Source: an uncultured Candidatus Peribacteria bacterium
GTDB taxonomy: Bacteria > Patescibacteriota > Gracilibacteria > UBA1369 > 2-02-FULL-48-14
Length of the DNA: 64,000 nucleotides
Direction: 5' to 3'
Assembly (NCBI GenBank): GCA_964441065.1
Contig: CAYTWD010000001.1
Coordinates: 73,285 to 137,284, forward strand
Part shown: positions 1 through 9,403 of the stretch, piece by piece
How the letters are laid out: each line of letters begins with the position of its first letter
Position numbering within the stretch: position 1 is the stretch's first letter
The notes under the pieces: model-generated
Databases searched by the model: none
What the model saw: the letters and a program-made list of their open reading frames with translations, nothing else
Told to the model about the DNA's origin: nothing
Position numbers and translations under genes: made by a program

Positions 1-351
1 AATTTGTTCGGGCTTACAACCCATTTCAAACATTTTTTCCAAAGTTTTTGGAATTATATCTTTTGTTAGACTTCTCCATCCGGCATGAACCGCGGCGACA
101 ATGCCGTCTTCGGCGCTACCCAAAACCAGTGGAATACAGTCCGCGGTCTTAACCATAATTGTTATTTCGGGTTTATTACAAATTATCGCGTCGTGGCCGA
201 TTTCATCTTCGTGATATTTATCAAAAATCATAATATTATCTCCGTGGACTTGTTTCATGCCCTGAACCTCAAAAGGGAGTCCGAGCAAAACATCTTCTTT
301 AATAACTGCCGCTTCTATTCCCGACCCCAAATTTAATTTATGAATAATCAT
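1..351 (-). CDS. pgeF: PgeF/YfiH-family (DUF152, laccase-domain) protein, N-terminal part; the gene runs off the window start
   Basis: Hand translation of the minus strand from the ATG at 349-351 gives MIIHKLNLGSGIEAAVIKEDVLLGLPFEVQGMKQVHGDNIMIF..HDAIICNKPEITIMVKTADCIPLVLGSAEDGIVAAVHAGWRSL. The H-x-D, ADC-x-P and HAGWR motifs are the YfiH/PgeF signature. It is absent from the ORF track because it is open at the window edge. Confidence 0.7.
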   Translation of the reverse strand, partial: MIIHKLNLGSGIEAAVIKEDVLLGLPFEVQGMKQVHGDNIMIFDKYHEDEIGHDAIICNKPEITIMVKTADCIPLVLGSAEDGIVAAVHAGWRSLTKDIIPKTLEKMFEMGCKPEQI

Positions 352-407
352 TTTTTTGACAATGTCTCATCTAAAAGTCATACTAATTGTACCAATTTTA
401 AAAAAAT

Positions 408-1364
408 ATGAATAAGAAAAAAAATGTCCTTGCGATTTACTTCTTCGTAGCTATCGCGCTTTTAATTGGAGGCATGCTTTATCTGAGACAAGCAAACCTG
501 ATTGTGAACGCTCACGAGTCGATTGAAAATGCTGATCAGATAGATAAATTGCAAAAAGTGATGTTTTGGGCGGGAATAAATAAAGTTGTGTTAACAGGAA
601 TACCTTATGAAATGCTTCACTTTACGCCTGAGGCGGCTCCAACTTACACAAAATTGGATGAAAATAATGAGCTTATAAAGACAGCATCTGAAAATTACCC
701 GGGACAGTTTGATTATCTCTGCGGAATAAATCCTCAGGATTTTGACGTTCTTGAGAAGATTGAAACTTGCATGAAAGAAGGCGCGGTAGGAATTAAAATT
801 TATGATGGCTACAAGGCCTACCATACCCTAGCGCTAGACAATCCCGATATGCAGAAAATCTTCGCTAAAATTAATGAATTGGGAGGAATTGTTATGATGC
901 CTGTTAGCACGGAAAATTACGCACAGGAATTGGAAAACATGTTAAAGGTAAATACGGAATTGCCGGTTATTTGTTCTCATTACTGTCTTTCTTCAAAGAA
1001 CTTAGACAGGTTAAATTCCTTGATGAGTACGTATAAAAATCTTTATGTGGACACAAGTTTTGGTTTTATTGATTACGCACAAACCGGATTCCAGACAATA
1101 ACGGACAATAATACCGCTTTCAGACAATTCTTTAACGATTATCAAGACAGAATTCTTTTTGCCACTGATAATGTTATTACAGGTTTTGAAAACAAAGATA
1201 AGGATTGGCTTGATAGACTCTATTCGGATTATTTGTCTATTTTGACGAAAGATGACTTTAAATCCTTGTCAAAAAATGAAGCACAATATAAAGGTTTGGA
1301 CTTGTCTTCCGGGATATTAGACAAAGTCTTCTCAGATAATTGGAATAAACTGACCGGAAAATGA
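408..1364 (+). CDS. Membrane-anchored amidohydrolase-family (TIM-barrel metal-dependent hydrolase) protein
   Basis: 318-aa ORF with an N-terminal hydrophobic helix (VLAIYFFVAIALLIGGMLYL). GAVGIKIYDGY and the later ATDN segment resemble the amidohydrolase_2 fold. Family-level call only. Confidence 0.45.
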   Translation: MNKKKNVLAIYFFVAIALLIGGMLYLRQANLIVNAHESIENADQIDKLQKVMFWAGINKVVLTGIPYEMLHFTPEAAPTYTKLDENNELIKTASENYPGQFDYLCGINPQDFDVLEKIETCMKEGAVGIKIYDGYKAYHTLALDNPDMQKIFAKINELGGIVMMPVSTENYAQELENMLKVNTELPVICSHYCLSSKNLDRLNSLMSTYKNLYVDTSFGFIDYAQTGFQTITDNNTAFRQFFNDYQDRILFATDNVITGFENKDKDWLDRLYSDYLSILTKDDFKSLSKNEAQYKGLDLSSGILDKVFSDNWNKLTGK

Positions 1365-2173
1365 AAAAATTTTGGATAGTTGGACATCCGCTTTCTTTCT
1401 GTCTTTGTACACCCGTTTCAAACGGCGTATTTAAAGAATTAAACTTCGCGGGCGAATTCTCAACTCATGATGTGGCACCTGAAGATCTCGCAAATGTTAT
1501 GAAGAAAATTCGTAGTGGAGAATTGGCCGGAGCGGTTACAACAATGCCGCACAAAACACCCTCGCTCGGATTTTTAGACGAATCGACCAGCGACGCAGTC
1601 GCCATTAATGCCGTAAATTTGGTACTTGGAGAAAACGGCAAATTAAAAGGCTACAACACAGACTGGTTGGGCGCAATCGGAGCTGTAAAAACTCAAATTC
1701 CCGATATAAAAGGTAAACACATATTGGTTTTGGGGGCGGGAGGCGCGGCTCGCGCGGCGGCTTACGGTTTTTTAAAAGAAGGTGCAGTCGTTTCAATTTG
1801 GAATCGTACTTCCGAACGCGCAAAAGAATTCGCCGAAAAAATGGGAATCAAACAAATTCCCGACATGAGAAAATGGGATGGTGAGCCCGACATAATCGTG
1901 AACGCGACTTCTGCAAGTTATCAACCAAGCCAATCAACTCTAGTTCCATTTCCTCTCTGGAAAAATGTACAATTGGCAATGGACGCGGTTTATGGAAAAA
2001 CCAGTCTTTTTTTGGAAGAAGCAAATGCCGCAAAAGTAAAACATATTATCTCCGGTGATGTTTGGTTTTTGAATCAAGCCGTGCCACTTCTTGAAATAAT
2101 TACAGGAAAGAAAGCGCCGCTGGCGCTGATGCAAAATCTTACCGATGAGGCGGTAGACATTATAAAATCATAG
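1361..2173 (+). CDS. aroE: Shikimate 5-dehydrogenase
   Basis: 270 aa with AVTTMPHK, GYNTDWLG and the NAD(P) loop VLGAGGAARAAAYG. ATGA overlap with the upstream gene. Confidence 0.8.
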   Translation: MKKFWIVGHPLSFCLCTPVSNGVFKELNFAGEFSTHDVAPEDLANVMKKIRSGELAGAVTTMPHKTPSLGFLDESTSDAVAINAVNLVLGENGKLKGYNTDWLGAIGAVKTQIPDIKGKHILVLGAGGAARAAAYGFLKEGAVVSIWNRTSERAKEFAEKMGIKQIPDMRKWDGEPDIIVNATSASYQPSQSTLVPFPLWKNVQLAMDAVYGKTSLFLEEANAAKVKHIISGDVWFLNQAVPLLEIITGKKAPLALMQNLTDEAVDIIKS

Positions 2174-2656
2174 ATCCTCGAGAGTATTTTCACGAATCAA
2201 AAATTCCCAAGCGAATAAAATAATTCCCGTGACAATAAATACGTCTGATAAATTAAATATTGGCCACCAATATACTTTTATAAAATCCACAACTTGACCG
2301 GTTCTAAACCTATCGATCGAGTTCCCTATTCCTCCTCCTAAAAGCAATGCCAATCCCGTTAAATGCCATTTGTCTCGCCATAGTTTATTTTCAATAACAA
2401 GCCAAAATCCAAGCCCCAAAACCGCTATTGTTAAAAACCAAATTACCCAAGTTGGAGAATTATAACCAAGCCCAAAAACCACGCCTTTATTGTAAGACAA
2501 AACCAAACCAAAATCCTTCTGAGTTCCCTCTGACAAATTTGAAACCGCCCACATCTTTGTGATTTGATCGGCGGCCACCAAAATTACAAAAAAGGGACCG
2601 AAAAATTTCCAAATTCTATCCAACTCCGGCGACCTAGCAATTTTCATAAATTTCAA
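2168..2656 (-). CDS. lspA: Lipoprotein signal peptidase (signal peptidase II)
   Basis: 162 aa with four hydrophobic segments. The GNSIDR and VVDFI..FNLSD motifs are typical of LspA. Confidence 0.85.
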   Translation of the reverse strand: MKFMKIARSPELDRIWKFFGPFFVILVAADQITKMWAVSNLSEGTQKDFGLVLSYNKGVVFGLGYNSPTWVIWFLTIAVLGLGFWLVIENKLWRDKWHLTGLALLLGGGIGNSIDRFRTGQVVDFIKVYWWPIFNLSDVFIVTGIILFAWEFLIRENTLEDL

Positions 2657-2704
2657 TTACAAACCCAACATATAAGACCCATAAAATTTCGCAAACTTTC
2701 AGAG

Positions 2705-2733
2705 TTGACCGCCAGCTCATATTGAGGTATAAT
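2705..2733 (+). promoter_or_regulatory. Sigma70-like promoter for the giant-protein block
   Basis: TTGACC (2705-2710), a 17-nt spacer, then TATAAT (2728-2733), about 23 nt upstream of the ATG at 2756. Confidence 0.5.
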
Positions 2734-2755
2734 TAGACGATGATTTATAATCACT

Positions 2756-5700
2756 ATGGCAACTAGTAGACCAACAACAGGGGCAGATGATCCAAGTGTG
2801 CCTCAACAACCAGATAGAGTTGAATCTAATCCCGATCCCGCTAATGATTTTGCCGGAGATGAGCCCACTTTAGCTGGCGCTCAACCAGTTGTAGATGTAA
2901 AGAAGTCAATTAAAGATAGAGCTGGAGAAGTAATCGGCTTAATTGACGAAACGCTCGGAGCAACGGAATTTAAAAAGAATACAGCAAGAGTAGTAGGGGG
3001 AGCTAAACTGCTAAATGAATACTTGGCAAAGAATAATACTGCAACGGAAGCCGAGCAAAAAGCTTTTCTTGAACAAAAAGAATACAGTGCAGATGAGATC
3101 GCTGAAATTACTTCGGCGATAAAGAATATTGAAACTCACAAACGCGATCAAGAAGAGAAAAGGAAAGCCGAAGCTGAAGCAAGAAAAACGGCCACAGAAA
3201 ATGCTAAGAAAAAATCAAAACCCGAACATTTTCACCCTGAAAAACTTATTCTCGCGACAACTCTCGCAGTTCACGCCGGAACTTCTTTAATTGGAAGCGC
3301 GGCAGACGCGACTGTGTCCGTTGTAAAAGGCGGAGGACGACTAATTGTGGAAGAAGTTGTTGGATTAGGAAACAGTGCTGTTGATTTGGGTAAACAAGTT
3401 GGAAAAACATTGGTTTATCCTTTTGGACGAATCGGATTTGGCGCAAAAAATAGAGCTTCTCGAGCTTTGGATTGGGCGATTAATTTCCCAACTCCACCCG
3501 CAACCGTAAAAAAATCACACGCGCCGGTTCACAAAGACGAGGCAAAGGAAGAAAATGCTACTGAAACATCTACACCGTCTTCATCCACATCAACTTCAGA
3601 AAAGAAAAACATTTTCTCAAGAGGCTTGAGCGCGATTGCAAATGGAGTTTCTTCCGCAGCGAGTTCAGCTTGGGATTTAACAAAACGGGCTTGGTATAGA
3701 ACTAAACAAGGTGCATTGATTTTAGTTGCGACCCCGATTGCTTTAGTTGGAGGCGCGCTTGAAGGTGCGGCGCTTGCAATTCCACACGACATCATTGGTG
3801 TTCATTGGGAAGGCGAAGCATCGGTTAGTGAAACTGGCGCGGCATCTCGAAAAACCACAGACAAAGGCTTCCACATTGATGGCGGCGCGGCCGGCATTGT
3901 ACTTTCCGCGGGTAAAATGTTAAAAGACATTGTTTGGGATGCACCAATCCGAGCCTTTGAAGAACAATTGACTACTATAAAGGAGACGCCGGTTGAAGCG
4001 GATGAAGTGAAACCAGCGAAACCTGCTAAACCTGCTAAACCAGCCGAACCAGCTGCAAAACCTGCGGAGCCGGCGAAACCCGCTGAACCCGCAACAGGTG
4101 GTGGTGATGCAAAACACCCTGAAGAGCATCCTGAAGAACACCACGAAGATGACAAAAAGAAAAGTCTGGAGCCTATATATACAGACCGAAAAAAGAGTGT
4201 AGATGGAGGGAAAAAAGGAACAGGTTTCCTTGGCGCATTAAAAGTTGTGAGCGATGTTATGAGAGAAGATAACGTCTCTACAGCAGATTTTGAAAAAGCA
4301 GTCGACGCAATGGATGAAGCAATGGGTAAAACAGACGGCAGTTTGGCCGGAAGTCTTGCAAAAGGACTTAGATCATTATTCGGTCCCTCGGATATTCTTA
4401 ATTTCGATTACAAAACACTCGGCGCAAGAATGATGAAGTTAAAAACCAAAGAACGCGAACAGTTTTTCAGATCGCTTGATATGGTTGAGTTTAGAAAAGA
4501 GTTTAGGGTTTTGATTGAGACACCGGCAGCAGCGACGAACACTCTTACAAGACTTACCGCCGCAATGAAAACAGATGATGGAAAAGCTGAAGTAAAAAGA
4601 CAAATCGCCAATTTGGTGAATCACACCGGCCCATTGGATCCCGGTGAATTAGGAGCATTACTTGATGCTCTTCAAGAAAAACTTGGGATTAGAGTAGAGC
4701 CTCCCGTATCTACACCAGAAACACCACAAAGGTCACTATGGGTTGCACTCCAACAGGTAAGGGCAAATTTTGCACCTGAGACTATTACTCCACCTCCTGC
4801 GACTCCTCTGCCGGCAAACACCAGACTTCGTGATCTCTTCCATGGCCCTGAAAGCACAACAATAGATATTAATTATAAGGCATTGGGTGAACAGATATTT
4901 AATTTGAAAGAAGGAGATAGAGCTAAATTCATCAATTCGTTTGATGACGCTAAATTTACTACAGAGTTTGCCATGCTATCATCAACACCTCCAGCTAACG
5001 CTGCAGCCAATTTAAGTAATTTGTTGGACAACGATGACGATGGATCAATTAAGAGAACAGCTAAAACTGAGTTTATGAATCTCCTTAAAACAGATCGTAA
5101 ATTAACAGACACAGAAGTTTCATCAAGAATTGATATTTTAGAAAGAAAACTTGGTTTATTGCCTCGTCCCACTCCACCAGCAACATTAACAAGTCAGCAA
5201 GCTCGAGTATTAGAATTGCTTAGCCATGTTCGTGCAGCTTTATCACTTAATACAAATATCGATAAAATTTTTGCACCTGAAACCGCTCAAACTTTTAATT
5301 ATGCAAAATTGGGTGAGAATATTAACAAAATAAAGACCCCACAACAAAGAGATAAATTCTTACAAAATTACGATAAAAATGAATTTGAAACTTACTTTAG
5401 ATCAATACTTAACCCGGCCGCAATAGATCAAAACACAAAAAGTAATCTTAAAACGGTAAAAGAAAGAATTGCTTCACTGATGGGTTATCCTGATGAGGCG
5501 GAAGTTAGTGCAAATGAATTTGCAACTAGAATAAGTAATTTTGTTGCTACTTTAACACCACCCGCCCCAACTGTAAGGCCAGGAATTTGCAAAGATATTG
5601 AAGATATTAGTACTGCCATGGTGGGCCCGGGACCGGTATATAATCCAGACAAGCTCAAAGCAATTTATCATCCTGAGAAATCTGTGCAAAGAATTAAGAT

Positions 5701-6094
5701 TGAAACAGGAAATTTTGGAGATCAATTATCCAATCTTCGTGACGAAGCTGAAGTTCTAGGATTTCTTAGAGGTTTCTCCCCAAGTATGATTAGTAATTCA
5801 TATTCCTATTTACCAAGACTACTGAGTGACAGTGATGTACCGGGTATTGTTGCTACAAATAAGGCTGATTTACAAAGGGACATCAGACAATTTTTAGATG
5901 ATTCAAAAGATAAAACAGGATTAGATTTTATAATAAATGAAATGAAAGGGAAACTAGCATTAGTCAGGACTGGTACACCACATCATTCCGAATTTACACA
6001 GACAGATCAGTCAAAAATTAATACAATCGTTACTTTTTTAAATACACAAGCAAAAGTTGCTGCAGATAATGCACATTTAATATTTGTACCCTAG
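2756..6094 (+). CDS. Giant repetitive protein, function unknown (1112 aa)
   Basis: Uninterrupted 3.3-kb ORF. It has a disordered Pro/Asp-rich N-terminus, a PAKPAKPAKPAEPAAKPAEPAKPAEPA tract, an HPEEHPEEHHEDD tract, and four tandem modules of about 145 aa each ending in a Pro-rich linker. I recognise no family. Confidence 0.8.
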   Translation: MATSRPTTGADDPSVPQQPDRVESNPDPANDFAGDEPTLAGAQPVVDVKKSIKDRAGEVIGLIDETLGATEFKKNTARVVGGAKLLNEYLAKNNTATEAEQKAFLEQKEYSADEIAEITSAIKNIETHKRDQEEKRKAEAEARKTATENAKKKSKPEHFHPEKLILATTLAVHAGTSLIGSAADATVSVVKGGGRLIVEEVVGLGNSAVDLGKQVGKTLVYPFGRIGFGAKNRASRALDWAINFPTPPATVKKSHAPVHKDEAKEENATETSTPSSSTSTSEKKNIFSRGLSAIANGVSSAASSAWDLTKRAWYRTKQGALILVATPIALVGGALEGAALAIPHDIIGVHWEGEASVSETGAASRKTTDKGFHIDGGAAGIVLSAGKMLKDIVWDAPIRAFEEQLTTIKETPVEADEVKPAKPAKPAKPAEPAAKPAEPAKPAEPATGGGDAKHPEEHPEEHHEDDKKKSLEPIYTDRKKSVDGGKKGTGFLGALKVVSDVMREDNVSTADFEKAVDAMDEAMGKTDGSLAGSLAKGLRSLFGPSDILNFDYKTLGARMMKLKTKEREQFFRSLDMVEFRKEFRVLIETPAAATNTLTRLTAAMKTDDGKAEVKRQIANLVNHTGPLDPGELGALLDALQEKLGIRVEPPVSTPETPQRSLWVALQQVRANFAPETITPPPATPLPANTRLRDLFHGPESTTIDINYKALGEQIFNLKEGDRAKFINSFDDAKFTTEFAMLSSTPPANAAANLSNLLDNDDDGSIKRTAKTEFMNLLKTDRKLTDTEVSSRIDILERKLGLLPRPTPPATLTSQQARVLELLSHVRAALSLNTNIDKIFAPETAQTFNYAKLGENINKIKTPQQRDKFLQNYDKNEFETYFRSILNPAAIDQNTKSNLKTVKERIASLMGYPDEAEVSANEFATRISNFVATLTPPAPTVRPGICKDIEDISTAMVGPGPVYNPDKLKAIYHPEKSVQRIKIETGNFGDQLSNLRDEAEVLGFLRGFSPSMISNSYSYLPRLLSDSDVPGIVATNKADLQRDIRQFLDDSKDKTGLDFIINEMKGKLALVRTGTPHHSEFTQTDQSKINTIVTFLNTQAKVAADNAHLIFVP
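4009..4092 (+). repeat. In-frame (P-A/E-K/P) low-complexity tandem repeat inside the 1112-aa protein
   Basis: aaaccagcgaaacctgctaaacctgctaaaccagccgaaccagctgcaaaacctgcggagccggcgaaacccgctgaacccgca encodes KPAKPAKPAKPAEPAAKPAEPAKPAEPA. Confidence 0.85.
4379..5990 (+). repeat. Four divergent tandem protein modules of about 430-460 nt inside the 1112-aa protein
   Basis: Modules start near 4379, 4835, 5267 and 5663. Shared pattern: (F/I)xxPE/S..(F/I)(D/N)YKxLGxxxxxLKxxxxxxFxxxxDxxxFxxxF....P(A/P)....., ending in PPxxTP-type linkers. The fourth module is the most divergent. Confidence 0.6.
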
Positions 6095-6169
6095 GCTGAA
6101 TCAGTACAAACATTTGACAAACCCCTCCTTTTAGTCTAACGTTCAAAGCCTTTCTAGCTTTGTTCAGAT

Positions 6170-9100
6170 ATGGCAAAAGATAGTCCAACCGATGGAAGAT
6201 TACTTGAGAATATTTTCTATGGTACGCCAGTTTATGGAGAAATTAGAACTCCGGATGGACGTATTTTGACGGAAGTTCATAGAGGCAGATTAGATGACGC
6301 AAGAAGACACGAGCAAACCACGGCACTTCAAGGAGAAATTGTTAACGCGCTTAAAGGTATTCACGGTGGACAAACAATGGTTTCGCGAGATGCTTTTTTA
6401 AATAGAGGTGCAGAAGTTGCAGAAGCTTTGGGTCAAGTTTCAGGTGCTTTTCAAGAGATGCGCGGAGGACAAAGAGAAATGATTGAATCCAGCAGATTGC
6501 TGGCTAATATTTCCGGACAAGGTTTTGATGCAGTAAATAATACACTGCGTGGAGTTGAAGCAGGTTTATCCGGAGTAGGTTCAACTCTCACAATAATGGA
6601 AGGAATTGCAAGATCTACCGATACAAAACTCGGCAAAGCAAATGAAACTTTGGGTGACATAGATCATTCTGCGAATAAACTGAGAATGGAAACAAGACGT
6701 GGCTTGGGAGATGTAAATGCAAATCTCGGTGGTGTTAATAGAAATCTTGAAGGTATAAAAGGTCCAAAATTAGACAGCAAAACTTTAAGAGATGCCTTAG
6801 TTGATGAAGAAGTTTTCTTTTTAACACTTAGCGCATATACGAAGGGTTTACTTAATGAAGAGGGTCAGAGGTGTTTAACCGGATTTATTTATTCGAAATT
6901 TGGTGGAAACGAGCGTCGGGAAGATTCAAAATCTGTTACGGGTTTCACTTCAACTCGAGAAGAAGTTGAAAGTTATATGATGAGCAAGATTAAAGAGAAG
7001 CACGAAGCTAGTTTAAGAGGTGCAATAAGTCAACGAAGTAGAGATTTAATAGATGCCCAGTATGATAAAATGATGGCGGAGTCTGAGGAAGTTGTATCTA
7101 TCCTTTCTAACCCATCCGAACTTCTTTCGAGCACAGACGCAATTTATAAATTGCAAATATTGGAGGGAGTTCAACAAGCAACAGGAGATGAAAATCTTCT
7201 CTCTTTCACTCAGTCCGCTCGAGCATTGGTTGCAATGGCTGAACAAGCAAAGAGAAGTCCTATTCCACAAGAATTTCTTGTTGATTTAACAAACTTGAAC
7301 TTGTTGAGTCCTGAGCTTCAACATTCAATAAAAAGAAATGATCGAAGATCTCGTTTAAGTGGAACGATGGTCGATTTAACATTGAATGGTATAGATGCTC
7401 TTCGACAGGGTGATTATGCGATTGCTCAAAGAGAAAGAATTGAAGGTCTTACAGAGCAACTTCTTGGACATTCTGAAATTGGAACAATACAAAGATCCGC
7501 ACAACTTGAACTGATGAAGCACCAGTTGAGGGTTAATATTGGTGTTTCCAGAATTTTGAATACTGTTGCCGCAGTTGAACTTAGAAATGAAAGACACTTG
7601 GACTCAATTTCAAAATCATCGTTAGAAGCTCGTGATCATTTGGCAGGGCTGGTAAGCATCGGGACTGAATCTAAGGAGGAACTTGCAAGAATTGCTATTC
7701 TACAAGAGAAGACGGGAATGAGTCTTGGGGAAATTAGGGATATTATTCAGGTTTCTGAAGGACACTTGGCCAGAGGAGAAGGCCATTTAGAAAATATTGC
7801 CCAATTGGAGGCGAGTTCAGGAATGAGATTGGAAGAAATTAGAGATATAGTTTCAATCTCACAGGATCACTTAGCTAGAAGTGCAGGGCATCTTGGAGAT
7901 ATAGCGAGTATTGGTGCAGAGTCTAGAGACGAGCTTACAAGAATGAGAACATTGCAAGAGAGAAGTGGGATGGATTTGGAACAAATTAGAGGAATAATCG
8001 GAACTTCATCAGATCATTTGGCAAATATAGTGCTAATTGAGGCAAGCTCAGGCATGAGACTATTAGATATTCGTGAGTTACTTGCTAGAGCAGATGCCAG
8101 ATCAGAATCAATGGAAGGCATTCAGTTGAGATCAGAATCACATTTAAGAGGAATGCTTGGGGCGATGGGATTTATCGCAGAAGGGATGGTTAATTTGGAA
8201 GAAATTGGAACTCAAATTGTTGAAGTTATGGGAGTGAGCGCAGTAGCAAATTTCAGAGTTTTAGATGAAGTCTCGCATCAAATTGACCGTGCTCGTCAGG
8301 AAACTTCAGCACAATTGATGACTATCAATGACACAATCCATCAACTTGTTAGGGGTATTTATGCGACAAACACTCAACTCGAAAGAATTGTACATTTAAC
8401 TGAAGAAAGTTTACAAAATACCGCTCTGCAAAGAGTAAGACAAGGATTTTTGTTACTTGAAACAGCTGAAAGTGAAGATGATTATCTTGATGCAATTGCA
8501 GTATTTAAAAAAGGAATTGAGGATGATCCAACTGTGATTGAAAATCACTTGGGAATTGCTCTTGCATCCGAAGGCATTGGAGATAAAAAAGAAGCAAAAA
8601 AAAGATATAGAAGTGCAGCAAGATTGGCACCCGAAGATAAATCACAAGCAACATCAAGTGCTTGGCAAAATTTGGCACGAATTAATTTTGAAGAAGACGA
8701 TTTTCCAAATGCAATTAAACACTGCAAATTAGCTCTAAAATCCAACCCTAAAAGCTTTGAAATGAGACTGATATTATGTAGGGCACTTGCTTTGTCTGGC
8801 ATGGAAGATGAAGCTCTGGATTTGATGTTTACAGTATATAAAGAGGATCCAACTTATTTAACTAAATTTAAAAATGATAAGGCATTTAATTTTTCATTAT
8901 TGGCAGAGCTCTATAAAAAAATTCTTAAAGAAATTCCAGCATTAAAAATGAAGAAAGAGGAGTCAAAATTTATTTTTGACGAACTTTTGAGGATCGGTGA
9001 ATATGAAGCGATATCACCTGTACTTATATCGATTTTAAAGAAAAGCCCAAAGAGTTTTTTGAAAATAATGCAAACTAATTCAGACTTTCCAGATTCAGTA

Positions 9101-9385
9101 AAAAAATCCATCCAAACAATTATTGAAAAAGATTTTGTTGAAGGATCAGAGTCTAATTCTGCTGAAGATTATTATGCATTGTGCATGTTAGCACTAAGAT
9201 TCGGCATTGAGGATGATTTTCTAATTTTCAATTTATTTATTACAGGTGCTAAACATGACATATCTTATCAGGCTAAAGACAAGGAATCTTTTATAGCAAA
9301 TATGAAGGCAGTCGATAATGATTTCTATCTAGGATTGATTAAAAAAATGACTTATTTATATCCTGAACTTCAATGGCTAAAATAA
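6170..9385 (+). CDS. Giant repeat protein with C-terminal TPR-like region, function unknown (1071 aa)
   Basis: Uninterrupted 3.2-kb ORF. The N-terminal third is Gly/Asn-rich and helical. Central imperfect repeats follow the pattern HLA(R/N)..GHL..IA..(G/E)A(E/S)S...L..(I/M)R.LQE.(T/S)GM.L.(E/Q)IR.II. The C-terminal part has TPR-like helices (AIAVFKKGIEDDP.., AWQNLARINFEEDDFPNAIKHCKLALKSNP). Confidence 0.8.
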   Translation: MAKDSPTDGRLLENIFYGTPVYGEIRTPDGRILTEVHRGRLDDARRHEQTTALQGEIVNALKGIHGGQTMVSRDAFLNRGAEVAEALGQVSGAFQEMRGGQREMIESSRLLANISGQGFDAVNNTLRGVEAGLSGVGSTLTIMEGIARSTDTKLGKANETLGDIDHSANKLRMETRRGLGDVNANLGGVNRNLEGIKGPKLDSKTLRDALVDEEVFFLTLSAYTKGLLNEEGQRCLTGFIYSKFGGNERREDSKSVTGFTSTREEVESYMMSKIKEKHEASLRGAISQRSRDLIDAQYDKMMAESEEVVSILSNPSELLSSTDAIYKLQILEGVQQATGDENLLSFTQSARALVAMAEQAKRSPIPQEFLVDLTNLNLLSPELQHSIKRNDRRSRLSGTMVDLTLNGIDALRQGDYAIAQRERIEGLTEQLLGHSEIGTIQRSAQLELMKHQLRVNIGVSRILNTVAAVELRNERHLDSISKSSLEARDHLAGLVSIGTESKEELARIAILQEKTGMSLGEIRDIIQVSEGHLARGEGHLENIAQLEASSGMRLEEIRDIVSISQDHLARSAGHLGDIASIGAESRDELTRMRTLQERSGMDLEQIRGIIGTSSDHLANIVLIEASSGMRLLDIRELLARADARSESMEGIQLRSESHLRGMLGAMGFIAEGMVNLEEIGTQIVEVMGVSAVANFRVLDEVSHQIDRARQETSAQLMTINDTIHQLVRGIYATNTQLERIVHLTEESLQNTALQRVRQGFLLLETAESEDDYLDAIAVFKKGIEDDPTVIENHLGIALASEGIGDKKEAKKRYRSAARLAPEDKSQATSSAWQNLARINFEEDDFPNAIKHCKLALKSNPKSFEMRLILCRALALSGMEDEALDLMFTVYKEDPTYLTKFKNDKAFNFSLLAELYKKILKEIPALKMKKEESKFIFDELLRIGEYEAISPVLISILKKSPKSFLKIMQTNSDFPDSVKKSIQTIIEKDFVEGSESNSAEDYYALCMLALRFGIEDDFLIFNLFITGAKHDISYQAKDKESFIANMKAVDNDFYLGLIKKMTYLYPELQWLK
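7634..8100 (+). repeat. Four imperfect tandem units of 35-49 aa inside the 1071-aa protein
   Basis: HLA-type unit starts at 7634, 7763, 7868 and 8015. GMSLGEIRDII, GMRLEEIRDIV, GMDLEQIRGII and GMRLLDIRELL recur. Confidence 0.6.
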
Positions 9386-9403
9386 CTTTTTAATTTTATT
9401 AAT

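Noticed and set aside
85-336. 83-aa plus-strand ORF at the window start
   Set aside because: It lies entirely antisense to the PgeF/YfiH-type gene, whose motifs (ADC-x-P, HAGWR) read clearly on the minus strand. The plus-strand peptide has no recognisable features.
3802-4155. 117-aa and 74-aa minus-strand ORFs over the PAKPA region
   Set aside because: They are the mirror image of an in-frame low-complexity repeat (GSAGFAGSAGFAAGSAGLAGLAGFAGF). This is a typical antisense artefact of a GC-rich repeat inside a 3.3-kb ORF.
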